Below are positions 49,557-63,079 of a stretch of DNA of 64,000 nt, in pieces. Source of the DNA: Mytilus trossulus. Lineage: Eukaryota. Location of the stretch: positions 7,254,001 through 7,318,000 of the forward strand of contig NC_086376.1 of NCBI RefSeq assembly GCF_036588685.1, in the 5' to 3' direction. Below the pieces are notes generated by a model. That model was not told the origin of the DNA, did not search any database, and saw only the letters and a program-made list of their open reading frames with translations. A program made the position numbers and the translations under genes. How positions within the stretch are numbered: the first letter of the stretch is position 1; every line of letters begins with the position of its first letter.

Positions 49557-51248
49557 TCAGTTGTTTAAAATTCCCTTTTGTTTGGTATATATGTGAATGT
49601 CGTACACTGATATACACTTTCCATCGTGTGTAGAAATAAACGCTTTTGTTCCCTTATTGTTAAATGTGATAGCCCAAGGCAAAATAACACCATCGTCCCT
49701 ATTGAGTACGATGTCAATAGCACGCCCATTATCACCAACGCGATGTACGTTCTGTGAGCCTCGACCAATAACACACAAATATCCTTGATTATCTCTTGCT
49801 ATGCCTTCCGGAACTTTTAAGTCCGGATTATCGTAGCGAAATATTTCCTCACCGTCCAGACCAACGTGATAGAGACAATGGTAGTCTGTATAGTACACTG
49901 AATTATTGTCTCCGCCATGTAGAAAATAAATCAATTGTCCGGGGACTTGAACACGTGTTCTTATGCTTCCGTCCATTGCCAGAATGTACAGTTCCCTATT
50001 TGCACCAACAACGATAAAGTTCGACACGACTGCGACACCATGACATTTGTTATGAATACTTATTTGTTCTTTGTCCGTAGTCATGTTCGATATGTTAAGA
50101 AACTGTATAGAATTTTCCAACGGAAGAGTTACAACGCCTCGATTTCCATCCGGTAAAATGGCGATATCCCATGGTTTGCAAAATAAAGTACAGTCTTGCA
50201 AAAATTTCCCACTGTCGCTATAAACAAGCAAACGGTTGCTATAGCGATTGCATAAGATTAGTCGGTTGTCATTGGTTACAGCAATAGCAGTGATTTGTAC
50301 ATTTTCTGAAACAGAAATGTCTATTTGAGACCTGTACAAAAACTGAGTTTTGGTTTCAACAGGTCTTGTTATCACCTGTGCTTGTCGTCTGTTTTGTGAG
50401 AAAGATCTTAATAGACATGGTTGTTTACATATATTCAATGTTCCTATCGATTGAATTGAGTCTTGTAATCCATTCTCTGGTTTGAACTCCACACTCACGT
50501 CTTTGTACATCATTGCTTTGCTTTGAATAAGTGTTTCGTCATTTGCAAGTCGATGTGCTAAGTTATGTGCAAATAAGAAAATTTGAGAATCTGACCCATG
50601 CTGTATAACAACGTCTAAATCACTCTTGCTCTTATGATATGATTTCCGCGTGTTTAACAAGTAATCTTTTTCGTGTTGTAAACCTTCCTTTTCTTCTACG
50701 CAGAAATCTTGCAAATTATCGATAATTGATTTTTCGAGACGATCAACATGATCAATTACTTGGCCTTTGAAACTTTTCACCTGGCTTCTAATTTCCTCAA
50801 CATCTTTTTCGAAAGTTTTTCCTGTTTCTTCTCTATTAGTAATTAAAGTATTCAAAGTTTGCAGAAACAATGTTAAATCTTGTGTAAGCATGGACGACAA
50901 AGGTGACGATCTAATCTCTCGGGCTGCGATATCGATCGGCAGTATCGATTTGCATGATCTATGCGATTCTGTCATACAATGGCGACAACATAAAGCTTCA
51001 TGATCGGTGCAAAACAAATCTACTCTACCATCGCCATGCTTAGCACAGTGAGTAATTTTAGACAATGTAGAGGTTGGAAATATTTCTATGAAATCTAAAT
51101 CGACAGTGTGGTGACTCATTAAGAACTTATTTTTCTTGTGGTTTTTCAAACAAGAACTGCACAGCGGTTCTTCGCAATCAAAACAATAAAATTCTGCACA
51201 CACTTTAGAATCCTCTCGCAAACACGATTCGCATTGTCTAGCTTCCAT
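49557..51248 (-). CDS. RING-less TRIM-like protein B (B-box1, B-box2, coiled coil, NHL-like beta-propeller)
   Basis: The ORF is open from the splice acceptor at 51270/51269; likely ATG at 51248 (MEARQCESC). B-boxes CESC...YCFDCEEPLCSSCLKNH and CAKH...FCTDHEALCCRHCMTESHRSC; PWDIAIL and PEGIARDNQGYLCV repeats. Possible upstream donor at 51826. Confidence 0.88.
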   Translation of the reverse strand: MEARQCESCLREDSKVCAEFYCFDCEEPLCSSCLKNHKKNKFLMSHHTVDLDFIEIFPTSTLSKITHCAKHGDGRVDLFCTDHEALCCRHCMTESHRSCKSILPIDIAAREIRSSPLSSMLTQDLTLFLQTLNTLITNREETGKTFEKDVEEIRSQVKSFKGQVIDHVDRLEKSIIDNLQDFCVEEKEGLQHEKDYLLNTRKSYHKSKSDLDVVIQHGSDSQIFLFAHNLAHRLANDETLIQSKAMMYKDVSVEFKPENGLQDSIQSIGTLNICKQPCLLRSFSQNRRQAQVITRPVETKTQFLYRSQIDISVSENVQITAIAVTNDNRLILCNRYSNRLLVYSDSGKFLQDCTLFCKPWDIAILPDGNRGVVTLPLENSIQFLNISNMTTDKEQISIHNKCHGVAVVSNFIVVGANRELYILAMDGSIRTRVQVPGQLIYFLHGGDNNSVYYTDYHCLYHVGLDGEEIFRYDNPDLKVPEGIARDNQGYLCVIGRGSQNVHRVGDNGRAIDIVLNRDDGVILPWAITFNNKGTKAFISTHDGKCISVYDIHIYTKQKGILNN

Positions 51249-53883
51249 TGAGTTTGCATTGGTATGCACCTAGAAAAAAAAAAATATCAATTAAAAAGAC
51301 TTTCATTATCAACTAAAATTAATATACAGGTATTTCTTTGATTTCGTTGCTTAAAAATTACTGTCTACGATATAAAATTGAATGTCTTATGATAACATCA
51401 AAGCTATAGAAACTAATACAATCACAAAAACTATAATTAACTTTGAAACGATTTAAAACAAAATGGTTCGAGTGCTACAGCTTTAAATGTTGGAAAATAT
51501 AGAAACACAAATGTAAGTAGACAAATACGACCTAAAAAAACGTTTATGAATTCATTGATACTTTTATACATTGTTACTTGAATGGAGTTGTCTCATTTTC
51601 ACACATACCACATCTAACCTCTATCTATAGCTTTTTAATCGTAACACAAATATCAGACATATTTGCATCCCTTATTGAACCCGTAATTGCGAAGAAATTG
51701 TTTCATGCTGAAATTGACATTGCACAAAATATAGCTGCGTTACTATGTCTAATAACACAGCTAGTTGCAGTATAAAATGCAGAACACACACGCAGAAGGA
51801 GATTTTAAAGAATAAGTAAGACTTACCGTGTATGAAAAAAATAACCTTTTTAATCATTTTGGATTAATTCAAAAAATATTTTTAAATCCTTTTGATAAAT
51901 GATGCGAATAAAAACAATGTGACTAAATTTGTTCACAAAAAAATTATTTTAAACTCGAAAGACTCGCACGTTCTCGTAATTTGAAGCATGCATCTATAAC
52001 TTGAAAGAACACATCTCTTGTTATTCCAAACCAGCACATTGCATTTTAAGGACACAAAAGTGATTTTATTTTAGTAACATTTATTCGACGCAATTCACCA
52101 TTATGCTCTCATAAATTATTGACGCAAAATCATCACCGAACGGTTAAATAAAAATAGTTAATTGTATTAGTTTCGAGGTTCTAATCTAATTGTCAAGACA
52201 ATTGTTACATAAGAAAGACAATAGATTGCTGAAGAAAATGTCACATGATTATCACCTTGGTACAAACTGATGACACTTTCATAATGTCAACAAGTCAAAT
52301 ACAACCAGTATGAGGTTTTCATTTTCATTCATTGGATGAAAAGTGTAAAGATACGATGCGAATATAAGTCAGAGTCATTTCTTTCATCATACCTTCAAAT
52401 AGGGGAACATCCACAATTACCAGTCGAAGGCGCATTGCCAATAGTTTTCAAAATCAAAGAGTGGAAGGCGCACGTGCTATTGATGCACACTTTTGAGGGG
52501 TCGATTTTTTCCCGCCATGATATACTGTCAATGTGTGCGTTTGCTTTCATAGAGAAAATTGTTAGCAACTATGATTGTCACATGACTGGCAGAGACACTT
52601 TCATGGCCTTTAAAAGTACGTTTGTTTTTTATGAATTAATCTTTTTCATATTTAAACAATCTTATTCAGCTCGCTACCTTCACGCTGTATAAAATGGGCA
52701 AGACAGTTACAACTTTATTGGAAAATAATGAATGACTGTTTAACATCCAGTGACAAATCAAATGCATATACATGATGAGAACATGGTAATGCAATATTAA
52801 TATCAACCCTGTTTTCTTGTAGACCAAGATGATGAGACAATTTTTTTAACGTACTAGTTTCATCGTTACAGTTTGGAAAAGACATGTTAACATAATCGGA
52901 TACGTTATTTTGAATTCAAAAGAATTCTTTCAATGAAATTTTAAACGAGATGTTAACAAGGCAACGAGTTAAAAAGTTAAATAAAATTTAAAAATAATTA
53001 TTAGTAAACATTTAATTTATAAAAAAAGTGATAGAGTAAAATTAAACACCAACAAATACGGGTTGTATTGTTAATTTTGTGCTGTATTTACTCGGACAAG
53101 AAATTTTAGACATATCCTGAAATAACATTTCAAATAATTGTATAATTGAATGATTGTCTCGCGGAATCTTCACAATAATATTATGTGATGACGTCTGAAA
53201 GCAAACGCTGCGTCACTGTTCATTGTTTTAGCATAACTATTCTCATTCCCTAACTTAGGATTTATTTCCATAAAAGAAAGGGGGAACATAATAAATAAAA
53301 CTCAAGTTAGCACTTTCAATTTCATACCAATCCATTTTTTTGTCATCTGTTTTAATTATAATAGTTTGACTGTACTTTTGATCATGACCCGGATACTTGT
53401 TAATATTATAAGTTTTAACAGTTTTAGGATGATCATGTATTTTTATACGCTTAACATGCACCGCGGAAACTACACAGCTACGCCAACTCTGTCCATTCTG
53501 CGTACTTATATGTTGCTATTGCATAAGGGCATGTTTTCCTCTTTCTTTAAAGGACGTCTTTACACTTAATCCTTAGGGTGTGAACTGATCGAAAACTTCA
53601 TTTGAGACTGAAACGAAAATGTAATGAGTCAAGTGATTTCGAACTGATTTAACAGTTAAGCTTTGTTCTAATCTTGTGCGTTTACACCACTGTTTTGTGA
53701 TTTTGTTTAGGGTTCAGTGTCCTAAATCAATATCATGTTTAATAATCCCGTCACATTATTTATATGCCTTTTCCAAGTCAGAAGCATGTAAATCAATGGT
53801 TGTCGCCGGTTGCTGTCAGTCATATGTGTTTTTCGTTTATTGTTTCGTCATAAAACAGGCAGGTGGTTTTTAATTGAATTGTA

Positions 53884-54286
53884 GAGTGGGGCGCCCATAT
53901 TCGCCTGGGAAACAATTTCGCCGTTTTATGATTTTGAGTTGTAAAAACTTCAAAGGATGGCTGAAATGGAAGACATTTACTGGTAAATGATATTATATAA
54001 CAAATATGATTATTTTTTAAAACAGAGACAAAATTGCGGCACCTACTGAAAAGGACGGAAAAACGGACAACGATGTTCGGCCAATTTCCTGAAGAAAAAA
54101 CACGAATTCAAAGAAGTTTTTCTAAGTATTTTTTTGACTGAATGCCACGATTTTCAGTTCTTTTAAACACCTTTAAAATGTCTGCTATTCATCTATAATG
54201 AAATTGATTTGATCAATGTTGTTTAAAGCTGCGGTCATTTGGTTTTAAATGGATGTGTAAAAACGGCGAATATGTGTCCCCCATTG
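53884..54286. mobile_element. MITE with imperfect TIRs
   Basis: TGGGGCGCCCATATTCGCC ... GGCGAATATGTGTCCCCCA. Confidence 0.55.
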
Positions 54287-57200
54287 ACAAAAATTTGGAA
54301 ATTTCAATCACCCTTTAATCTAACTTTTCAGATGATTATATTCAAACCAACACGTTTTCAAGCTTAAGAATATTTTGCATTTGAAGTTATCTTCATATAG
54401 AAATATCAATATACTTCAAAAACATTTAGACCTGAACATAAACTGTAGAAAACATGAAAAGATGTGGCGAAATTGAACACTCCACTCTACCATCTTTCAA
54501 TTCGATGATGTCTAGGCCTTTACTAGCTAACTGCATATAATAGGTATTGACTCGTTGACAAAGGCCGCACGGTAACCTACAATTACTTGCATCAACAAAA
54601 TTGAGAGTAGAAATTGGGAATGTATCAAAGAGACAACAACCCGACCATAGAAAAAACAACAGCAGAAGGTCACCAAAAGGTCTTCAATGTAACGAGAAAT
54701 TGCCGCACCCGGAATCGTCCTTCAGCTGGCCCCATAACAAATATATACTAGTTCAGTGAAAATGAACGCCATACTAATTTCCAAATTGAACACAAAAAAA
54801 ATAAATTAAAATGATACATAACTAACAAAGACCAGAGGCGCAAAAATGCGGCGGAGTTTAACATGTTTATTAGATATCAACCCCCCCCCCCCCCCCCCCC
54901 TATACCTCTAGCCAATGTAGAAAAGTAAACGCATAACAATACGTACATTTAAAATTCAATTCAAGAGAAGTCCGAGTCTGATGTCAGAAGATGTAACCAA
55001 AGAAAATAAACAAAATGACAATTATACATACATAACAACAGACTACTAGCAGTTAACTGACATGCCAGCTCCAGACTTCAATTAAACTGTTTGAAAGATT
55101 ATGATTTCATCATATGAATATCAGGCACAATCCTTCCCGTTAGAGGTTTAATATATTCTGATAGATACAATATAATGTAGCCGTTTTATCGACTTTCATA
55201 CCACATCTCCTTATTGTAAATACAAAGAATCGAAAAAGACATTTTTTAACCTTAAAAGATTAGTAATTATATAAAGCTCTTACCAAATCATTATTTCCTT
55301 ATAATTACCGGAAAAGTAGTACATTTAGTAAGTTATAATATTTACTTGAAACCGTATTTACAAAATGTAAACATTAAAAAGATGACAGCTGTGTCGAAAT
55401 GGTATTTATTATTATCTACTGGCCACTGTTTGGTGAGCTAATCATTAAATTGACAACTTTTTTATTACTTAAATTTAGAAATATCATTATTTTTTTAGGT
55501 TGGACTTGATCATTGATTATTTTATCGGTTGGACACCAAGCTGTTTAACTCATAAGTATGTGTAGTATTGCGAGCTGAAAATTTGACACTTGCAAACTAT
55601 TAATTCGAGATACTTGGTAGTTAAAAGAGATCTGCACAACTTGAAAAACATCAAGACCATAATATTTTGACCACTCGCTCCCACAGTAAAACAAGGATGA
55701 TTTTTTTCACCAACAAACACGTTTTTGCACCTTTGGATTCGATTTAAACACACTTCTAAGTTTTAGTTGATATTCTCTTAATGCTTATCTGTTAATATTT
55801 TAACCACTTGGTTGTAGTATACTGATTGTTGCTTACTTAATGCTTAGATTGAGATATTGAAATCATATTGTTCAGGACTAAAATATAAAATGGAGAATGG
55901 AAATGGCGAATGTGTCAAAGTACAACAACCCGACCAAAGAGCAGAAAACAGCTGAAGGCCATCAATGGATTTTCAACACAGTGAGAAAATCCCGCACCCG
56001 AAGGCGTGCTTCAGTTGGCCCCTAACAAAACTGTGTACTAGTTCAGTAATAGTTGACGTCATACAAAACTCCGAAATATATAAATGAACGAAAATTAAAA
56101 ATCATACCAGACTAACAAAGGTCAGAGGCTCCTGACTTAGGAAATTTTACCACTAAGGCTGGCATTGCAATGTGGATCGGTCGTTATGATTGGTATATTG
56201 ATATTGTTCATATTATTTTTTCTCACGATTATTCAGTATAATTGCAATGAATTGAGTTAGCAAGTACTTTATCAAATCCACCATTTTCTACTTAAGAAAA
56301 TGCCTGTACCAAGTCAGGAATATGACAGTTGTTATCCATTCGTGTGATGTGTTTGAACTATTGATTTTGCCATTTAATTTGGGAATTTCCTTTTTGAATT
56401 TTCCTCGTATTTCAGTTTTTTTGTGTTTTTACTTTTTTCTGTACCAATTGTTCTTCTAAATTACCAGATGCGCATTCCGGTAACAAATGTCTCGATCTTT
56501 AGTGATGCGCTAGTCTAAAATATTAGAAAATCTAAATCTATCAAATAAAATTGAGAGCTTCTCAAGCCAAAAAGGACACATGTATAGCAAAATCTTGGCG
56601 GAGCATCGCACGAGGGAGTTACCTTATTATAGAGGGTTATTTATCGCGGGTGTAAAATTCATACGATTTTCTTTCAATAAGGTAAACGAAATATTTTTGG
56701 GGTTATTATTTTTGCGGATTCAAAAGTTTTATCAATACCTTTACATTTGGCGATTTAAATTGGTGGAATTTATTTTGGCGAGTTTGTTCCATCTTCGAAA
56801 ATAAGCGATCATTTGCACCCCGCGAAAATAATCCGTTATAATGCCTTAAAATCAATTCATCAGATCCATTCAAGGGGAAAAAAAACTAATGTAAAAGTCA
56901 AATCTAGAATGTGGTTGAGAAGAGGATTATTGATTTTCATATTTATACCCAAATGAGCATTGAATAGCAAATTAATAAATGACCCAAAAGTCAGTTTACA
57001 CATTTTAATTTTGTACTATTTTCAAAATCGTATATGTTTAAATAATTTAGAAGTTTTTAAAACTTTATATTATAGTACTTATTAAAACTTGATAATATCT
57101 GATCATTTGTTTTTACACAACTGCGCATTAAAATTAAAATATGTCGTCGTACGGATATGTCCAATATAGCGACAAGATGTATAGGCTATTTATATAACGG

Positions 57201-57805
57201 ACATGATAATTTTATTCTTTACTTATTCTAAAATGGTTTCGAACAGACAGACAGTGGCTACATATGGGACTCGCTATAGTTGGAACTTGCAATTATAATT
57301 CTATTATTCAAATCATACCTTTAATTCCTTTGTTTGTATTCCATAAGGTATATACTAAAGGTGCTATAACATGTACATGTATGCACAAAATAGTTTGATC
57401 CTGATCGATAAACAAGTATTGTACTGTAGTTGTATTACTTGTAATAAGGAAGGAAGGATGCTAAACATACCGGAAGTCGATCAAACCGGTTAAGTAGATG
57501 ACAATCGAAATATTTTGTGTGAACAAAATTATTTGTAAATATTCGATCAATATTAAAAATGATTGTTAAACCAATATATATATTTTTTTTTCAAATAGTT
57601 GCCTTCTAACGCTGGAACAAAACAGTGAACAAGGTAATAAGAAGCGTTGCCGAGATAAAGAGAAATGTTTCACGGAAATTATTATAGTTTATAAACGATT
57701 TTCATTTAAAAAAAAAAGCATAAATAAGGAACGGGGAAATATTACTATTGATTCCTTAGAACGTTATCTGTCAGATAAATAATAGATGATATATAGTTTT
57801 CTGCT

Positions 57806-58150
57806 TTCACGATATCGTAAGATATCGATCATTCACGATGACGTAGGATATCGATTATTCATGATGACGTAGTATATCGACCATTCACGATGTTGTAAGA
57901 TATTGATCATTCACGATATCGTAAGATATCTACCATTCACGATGTTGTAAGATATCTACCATTCACGATGTTGTAAGATATCTACCATTCACGATGTTGT
58001 AAGATATCGATCAATCACGATGACGTAGGATATTGATCATTCACGATGTTGTAAGATATCTACCATTCACGATGTTGTTAGATATTGATCATTCACGATG
58101 TTGTAAAATATCTACCATTCACGATGTTGTAAGATATCGATCATTCACAA
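57806..58150. repeat. 26-bp minisatellite, ~13 copies
   Basis: Unit approximately TCACGATGTTGTAAGATATCTACCAT, head-to-tail with no spacers. Confidence 0.9.
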
Positions 58151-59369
58151 TATGAATTGGCATGACGTATTTGAACTTGAAAAATGTATTCACATCCAAG
58201 AAAATAACACAATTAATAAAAGGGACGGCATTGTTATCAAAGGGTCCTCCTCTTGACATTTGTTGAAAGGTAGCCAGCAGTGAGCTACATGTATAATAGA
58301 GGTGACTGGTCATACCCAGGTGATCACATGTACATTTCACATGATGGTCAAGGCAATCCTAGTGTCGACAAAAGCAGATCTCTTTAACATTCATCGATTG
58401 ACTTTTTTTTCCTCTAAACATCCAGTAACACATATTTGAGGTTAATTTAAATATTCCCCAACACTAGAAAAAGGGAGCAATTTTGGTAAGGCAGATGTTT
58501 TCCTTTGCAGTTCATAACCCGCGAACAAGCATGCAGAGAGAGTAGCAGAAACATGGAAATACAATAATTATCGTATTGATATATAAATTAAAAGATTTTC
58601 TTCCTGATGAAGAACTTTTATCTTAAATTTATACTAACATGCATTTATTATATTGAATAATATGTTTTCCAGAGTAGATTCATTCTTTCTTAAAATTATG
58701 TTTTTTTTACTTAATTTTTGTACATGCACTGATATCTTTTTCCTTTTTTTTCAAAAGATGTAACCAGCTACATGTTAGGCTAATCTTATCACAGCGTTCG
58801 AAATATCTGGTAAAAAGATAAACAAAACTGAAGTTAATGATGTACTTACCGAATAAAATTGTAGACTCACTGCCAGGCAGAATTCCAAGTTTCAAACAAA
58901 ACAAATATTGCTGCACAAATTCAATCATGTCTTTCTTGGCGGCAGAATTTTATATTTAATTTAGATTATTAGATTTAAGAACATTTGTATTTTAGTTATT
59001 AGTGTGCATGAACAATTTTACTAAAATGTAATTTTCAATGGATAAATATTGTGAAAATGCATTTCAAAATTGACAGATTAATTGTAGTAGTGATTTTAAA
59101 GAAGAATTTAAATTGCTATTTTCGAACTCAGTGTTAATAGAATTGATTTCTGTTGTTAGCTCAGTGTATTTTATGCAGATAAAAACTGTTTCTTTAGTAT
59201 TAAAATATTCATTTTACTTGTTTATTTTGCACTATATAAGGGCCTGTCGCAGAAAAAAGGGACAGAACGTCGGCGGCTGTCTGCAGAAATATATATTTGA
59301 CTATTATAAATAAGAACATTTGGATACAAACAAAGCAACTACCCATCAGTGCCCAAATACTAGTAAGAT

Positions 59370-59708
59370 TTCCTGCTGGTCTAGTTTTTATTTCCAGAGG
59401 ATACCACCAGCCCAGTAGTCAGCAATTCTGTGTTAACATGAATTATCATTTTTATTGTCACAATTATATATAAACTGTTTACAAAACTTCGAATTTTTAA
59501 TTACTTTGGGTTTTTTTACCTCAGGAATAGCATTGTTGCATTTTGCAAATTTTTAGGACTTTTTGGTACTCAATGCCCTTCATCTTCGTACTTTATTTGG
59601 CCTTTTTAGCGAATGTTTTACTCGACCATCACTGATGAGTCTTTTATAGACGAAACGCGCGCGGGCGCAAATAAGAAATTTCAATCCTGGTGTCTATGAT
59701 GAGTTTAT
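59370..59708 (+). repeat. Retrozyme copy (subfamily B), cleavage triplet lost
   Basis: CTGATGA(59632)GTCTTTTATAGACGAAACGCGCGCGGGCG: core present but the GTC site is mutated. Confidence 0.7.
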
Positions 59709-59844
59709 CAGGAACCATAGTCACCGTGTCGAATAAAAAAATTATGCACTTGACCATACTCAGTCAAAACAATGTCTTAGTTGCTAATTCATTTTAATTT
59801 TCTATAATTTTATTAACGAAAACTTTATGAGGTTGTTGCACTAG

Positions 59845-60410
59845 ATTTTACTTACCTCGGCTGTGTAATCAATAAGGACAAAGGAGCTGGAAAATATATC
59901 AAATCTAAACTTACAAACGCAAGATGCACTGTTGCAAAACTTCCACACATATGGAATCTTATTACCAAACTAAAAACTATTTTACAATAATGTTTAATCT
60001 GTTCTTCTTTGTGGTTCTGAATGCTGGAAAATAGACGTTACTGATATACGCCTCGAAATTGGATACTATGCACATCAGCTGTCTGAAAAGTTAATATAGC
60101 TGAAGATAATGTTGCAGAACAAAATTCACAAACGAAGAACTACTGAAAATATGCAAATCATAGAAAATAACATTGAAAATTAACCAAAGACGATCTAGAT
60201 TGGCAAGCCATGTAGTGTGAATGCTACACAAACTCATTGTAAAGACAGCAATGTCAGGGAGACCAAGCAACACGTGGCCAACAACAGTAACATCAGAACT
60301 GCAAGATACGGGTTTCACTTAGAGAAACAAACCAATATATTGCAAAGGACAGATATTAGTGAATGGAGTTCGATATGGCTTTTTGTTCCACCAGGGACGA
60401 ATAAAATAGA
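59845..60410 (+). mobile_element. RTE-clade LINE remnant
   Basis: FTYLGCVINKD...IKSKLTNAR...IW...TKLK...SVLLCGSECWK, with stops and frameshifts. Confidence 0.7.
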
Positions 60411-60963
60411 TATGTTTGGCAATACCTGTCTTTTTTTCTTATAATCGGTAGCTAGGAAACGTCTTTTTTCCACTAATCTTTTCCATTTTTGTGTGCAATC
60501 TTTTCCATTTGGTACTATTTGTCTTTGAGGGTTCGCGATGAAGGTAAAGACGGCGTGCACAAAGTTGACGGCAACTATAAAATACGCTTTTAAAAGTAGT
60601 TTTATACAACCGTCTTTTACATGGGAATTTTTTTTATGATAAAATTATGAATACTAGCCATTAAAATCAATATTACTAGTGAGGCTATCAAAATTAAATC
60701 TTTAAAGTATGAAACGAACATAGAGAAAACGACGAAACATGTAACATTGAATAAGCATTAAATAGAGGTTCTGACATAATAGTTACCAAAGGTACCAGGA
60801 TTAAAATGTATACAAATTCAACATATATTCCCAAATTTTCGAATAATAGAATTTTTCGGATTCGGACTATGACGTCCTACAAAATTCAGCGCAAAATAAA
60901 ACAATAACGACCATCGTAGTTCGTTATGTGTAAGAAGTAGTCATTTGGAGGGATTTATGTTAT

Positions 60964-61115
60964 AGATAATGCATACTTTAAGGTTTTTCTAGCATACCGA
61001 GGGGTGTCAGGATTGATCAAATGAAAGACCGACCGGAGGGAGGTCTTTCTTTGAACAATCCTGACACCCCGAGGTGTGTTCTACGACAAGAAAAACCTTA
61101 AAATATGCATTATCT
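60964..61115. repeat. ~150-bp imperfect palindrome (Crypton-like)
   Basis: AGATAATGCATA.TTTAAGGTTTTTCT...GGGGTGTCAGGATTG.TCAAA..AAAGACC / GGTCTTT..TTTGA.CAATCCTGACACCCC...AGAAAAACCTTAAA.TATGCATTATCT. Confidence 0.75.
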
Positions 61116-62222
61116 GACTTATATACCGTCAAAAAATATTAATTTTGTAAAGATTTGTAAAATTTAGTATCCTATTCCACCGAAACAATAAAGTGGGACA
61201 TTCCTTTCTAATGCGTTCAGATTTTAATACGCCCTACGGCTCAATTAAAATGTGAAATAAAACTCACTAAATAATTTAGATATAAACCTTTTAAAAATTG
61301 TTATCCATACACAATAAAAATATAACTGTAACTGCATGAAGTAAGACACAAATGTATTATTACCATTACATTGTACGTTATTTATTGTACCACTTTGCTT
61401 ATGGAAAAATGGGAGGGGTATGTTTTTTTCTATTTGTTATGTTATTTCTATCGCGGAAAAGTGGTTATTTTTTTTATAACAATTTTACTTGAATCGAATG
61501 AAAAATTCAGAAAGATTGTCTTTTGAATAGCAATACATTTTATTAAAAGATAAACAGGATATTATTATATACCCTCCGCACCCGACCCTTTTCAATAGTT
61601 ACGTTAATGTTATTCAATAGAATATAAGATCTTATTAGTTGATCATTTGATAAAATAAATTTAAAAAAGTTAAGAACTGACACGAAGACGAATATAAATA
61701 CATGTAGGTCACAGTATAATTCCCTGTTCAGTGTGTATCGTTCTGAACATGCATGACATATTTGCCACTGGACGTTAAGCAAGCAACCAAAAAATCAATC
61801 AACTTATTCAGTATGACTCAATAAGATTTTCAAAATCTTACACACGAATATGTTAAATCTGAATTTATTTTATGAAAGTCTACATTAAAATTCATCTGAC
61901 ATATATGAAAATGTTTCTTTATTATAGCGACAAATCAACAAAGCTTCACGTTATTTATTTCTAAAATTAAAATGCGGGACTACAATGACGTTTTTTTTAC
62001 ACTTATCATCGATTGAAGTTTAAAACATAAATTTCCAAATCGGCAACAAAAAACTATTTGACGAATAAAGTTTAAAAGTAAATCATAGATTGCATGATTA
62101 TCAAGGAAAATAATGACCTTACACAGGTCATTATGCCTTGGAGCATATATCATTGAAACATGGTATCGTCCGGGTTGATTCTGAAAAAGAATGACCTGCC
62201 GTTCTGAAAGAAAATAACTCCA

Positions 62223-62708
62223 TATAGGCAAATTTCACTCACATCAATTTCACGTGAATTTAAATTCATGTGAATCTCACGTGAAATTCACATCAATTTC
62301 ACCTCAAACGAGCTTATACGTGAAACTCACGTGAAAACATGTTTTGTGTGTTTCACGTGATTCTCATGTGAAACTCGTGTGAATTTCACATGAAAATCAC
62401 GTAAAATTTTTCATGTGAAATTCACATGAATTTTTATAATATAGAGTTATTCAAATAAAATATAAATTATTAAATTAAATTAAAATGATGAAAAACATCA
62501 TTTTTTTTTTGCTGTAAATTTCACGTGATATTCATGTGAAAAATTTAACATCAGATTCATGTGAATCTCAATTCACGTGAAATTCACATGAAAATTTTCA
62601 CGTGAGTTTCATGTACATAAGCTCGATTGAGGTGAATCTCACGTGAAATTTTCATGTCAATATCACGTGAGATTGATGTGAAGTTCATGTGAGCAAATTT
62701 TGCCTGTG
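62223..62708. mobile_element. TIR element packed with TTCACGTGAA/TTCACATGAA palindromes
   Basis: Ends AGGCAAATTT..CTCACAT / ATGTGAG..AAATTTTGCCT, with many CAC(G/A)TG units on both arms. Confidence 0.65.
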
Positions 62709-63079
62709 ATATATCAATTCGAAAATAGGAGAATCGATAAGAAAAGTTATGTAATTGCATTTTTTCTTCTTCGAATAACTTGATATTCCAAATGTGCATA
62801 TCAAGAGGTTTAAAAAAATCTGCACGCCGTCAAAGCATTTGGACGCATGGAATTTATAATGTGTCGTTATTACAGCACTGGGTCAATAATGCAACAGTAC
62901 TATACCGTTGATCGACAGTCATAAATCGATTGAAAGAAAACAAATCCGGGTTGATACAACTGAGGTAAACATATTAAATCTTAGAGGAAACAAAAAAACA
63001 ACAGAAATACTGATTTGCAACAAAAAAAAAACCCCGACAATGCAACACATAGACACGAACTATAAGATAACAACTGCCA

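Noticed and set aside
57806-58150. CRISPR-like array
   Set aside because: Contiguous 26-bp units with no unique spacers and no cas genes in an animal context; it is a minisatellite.
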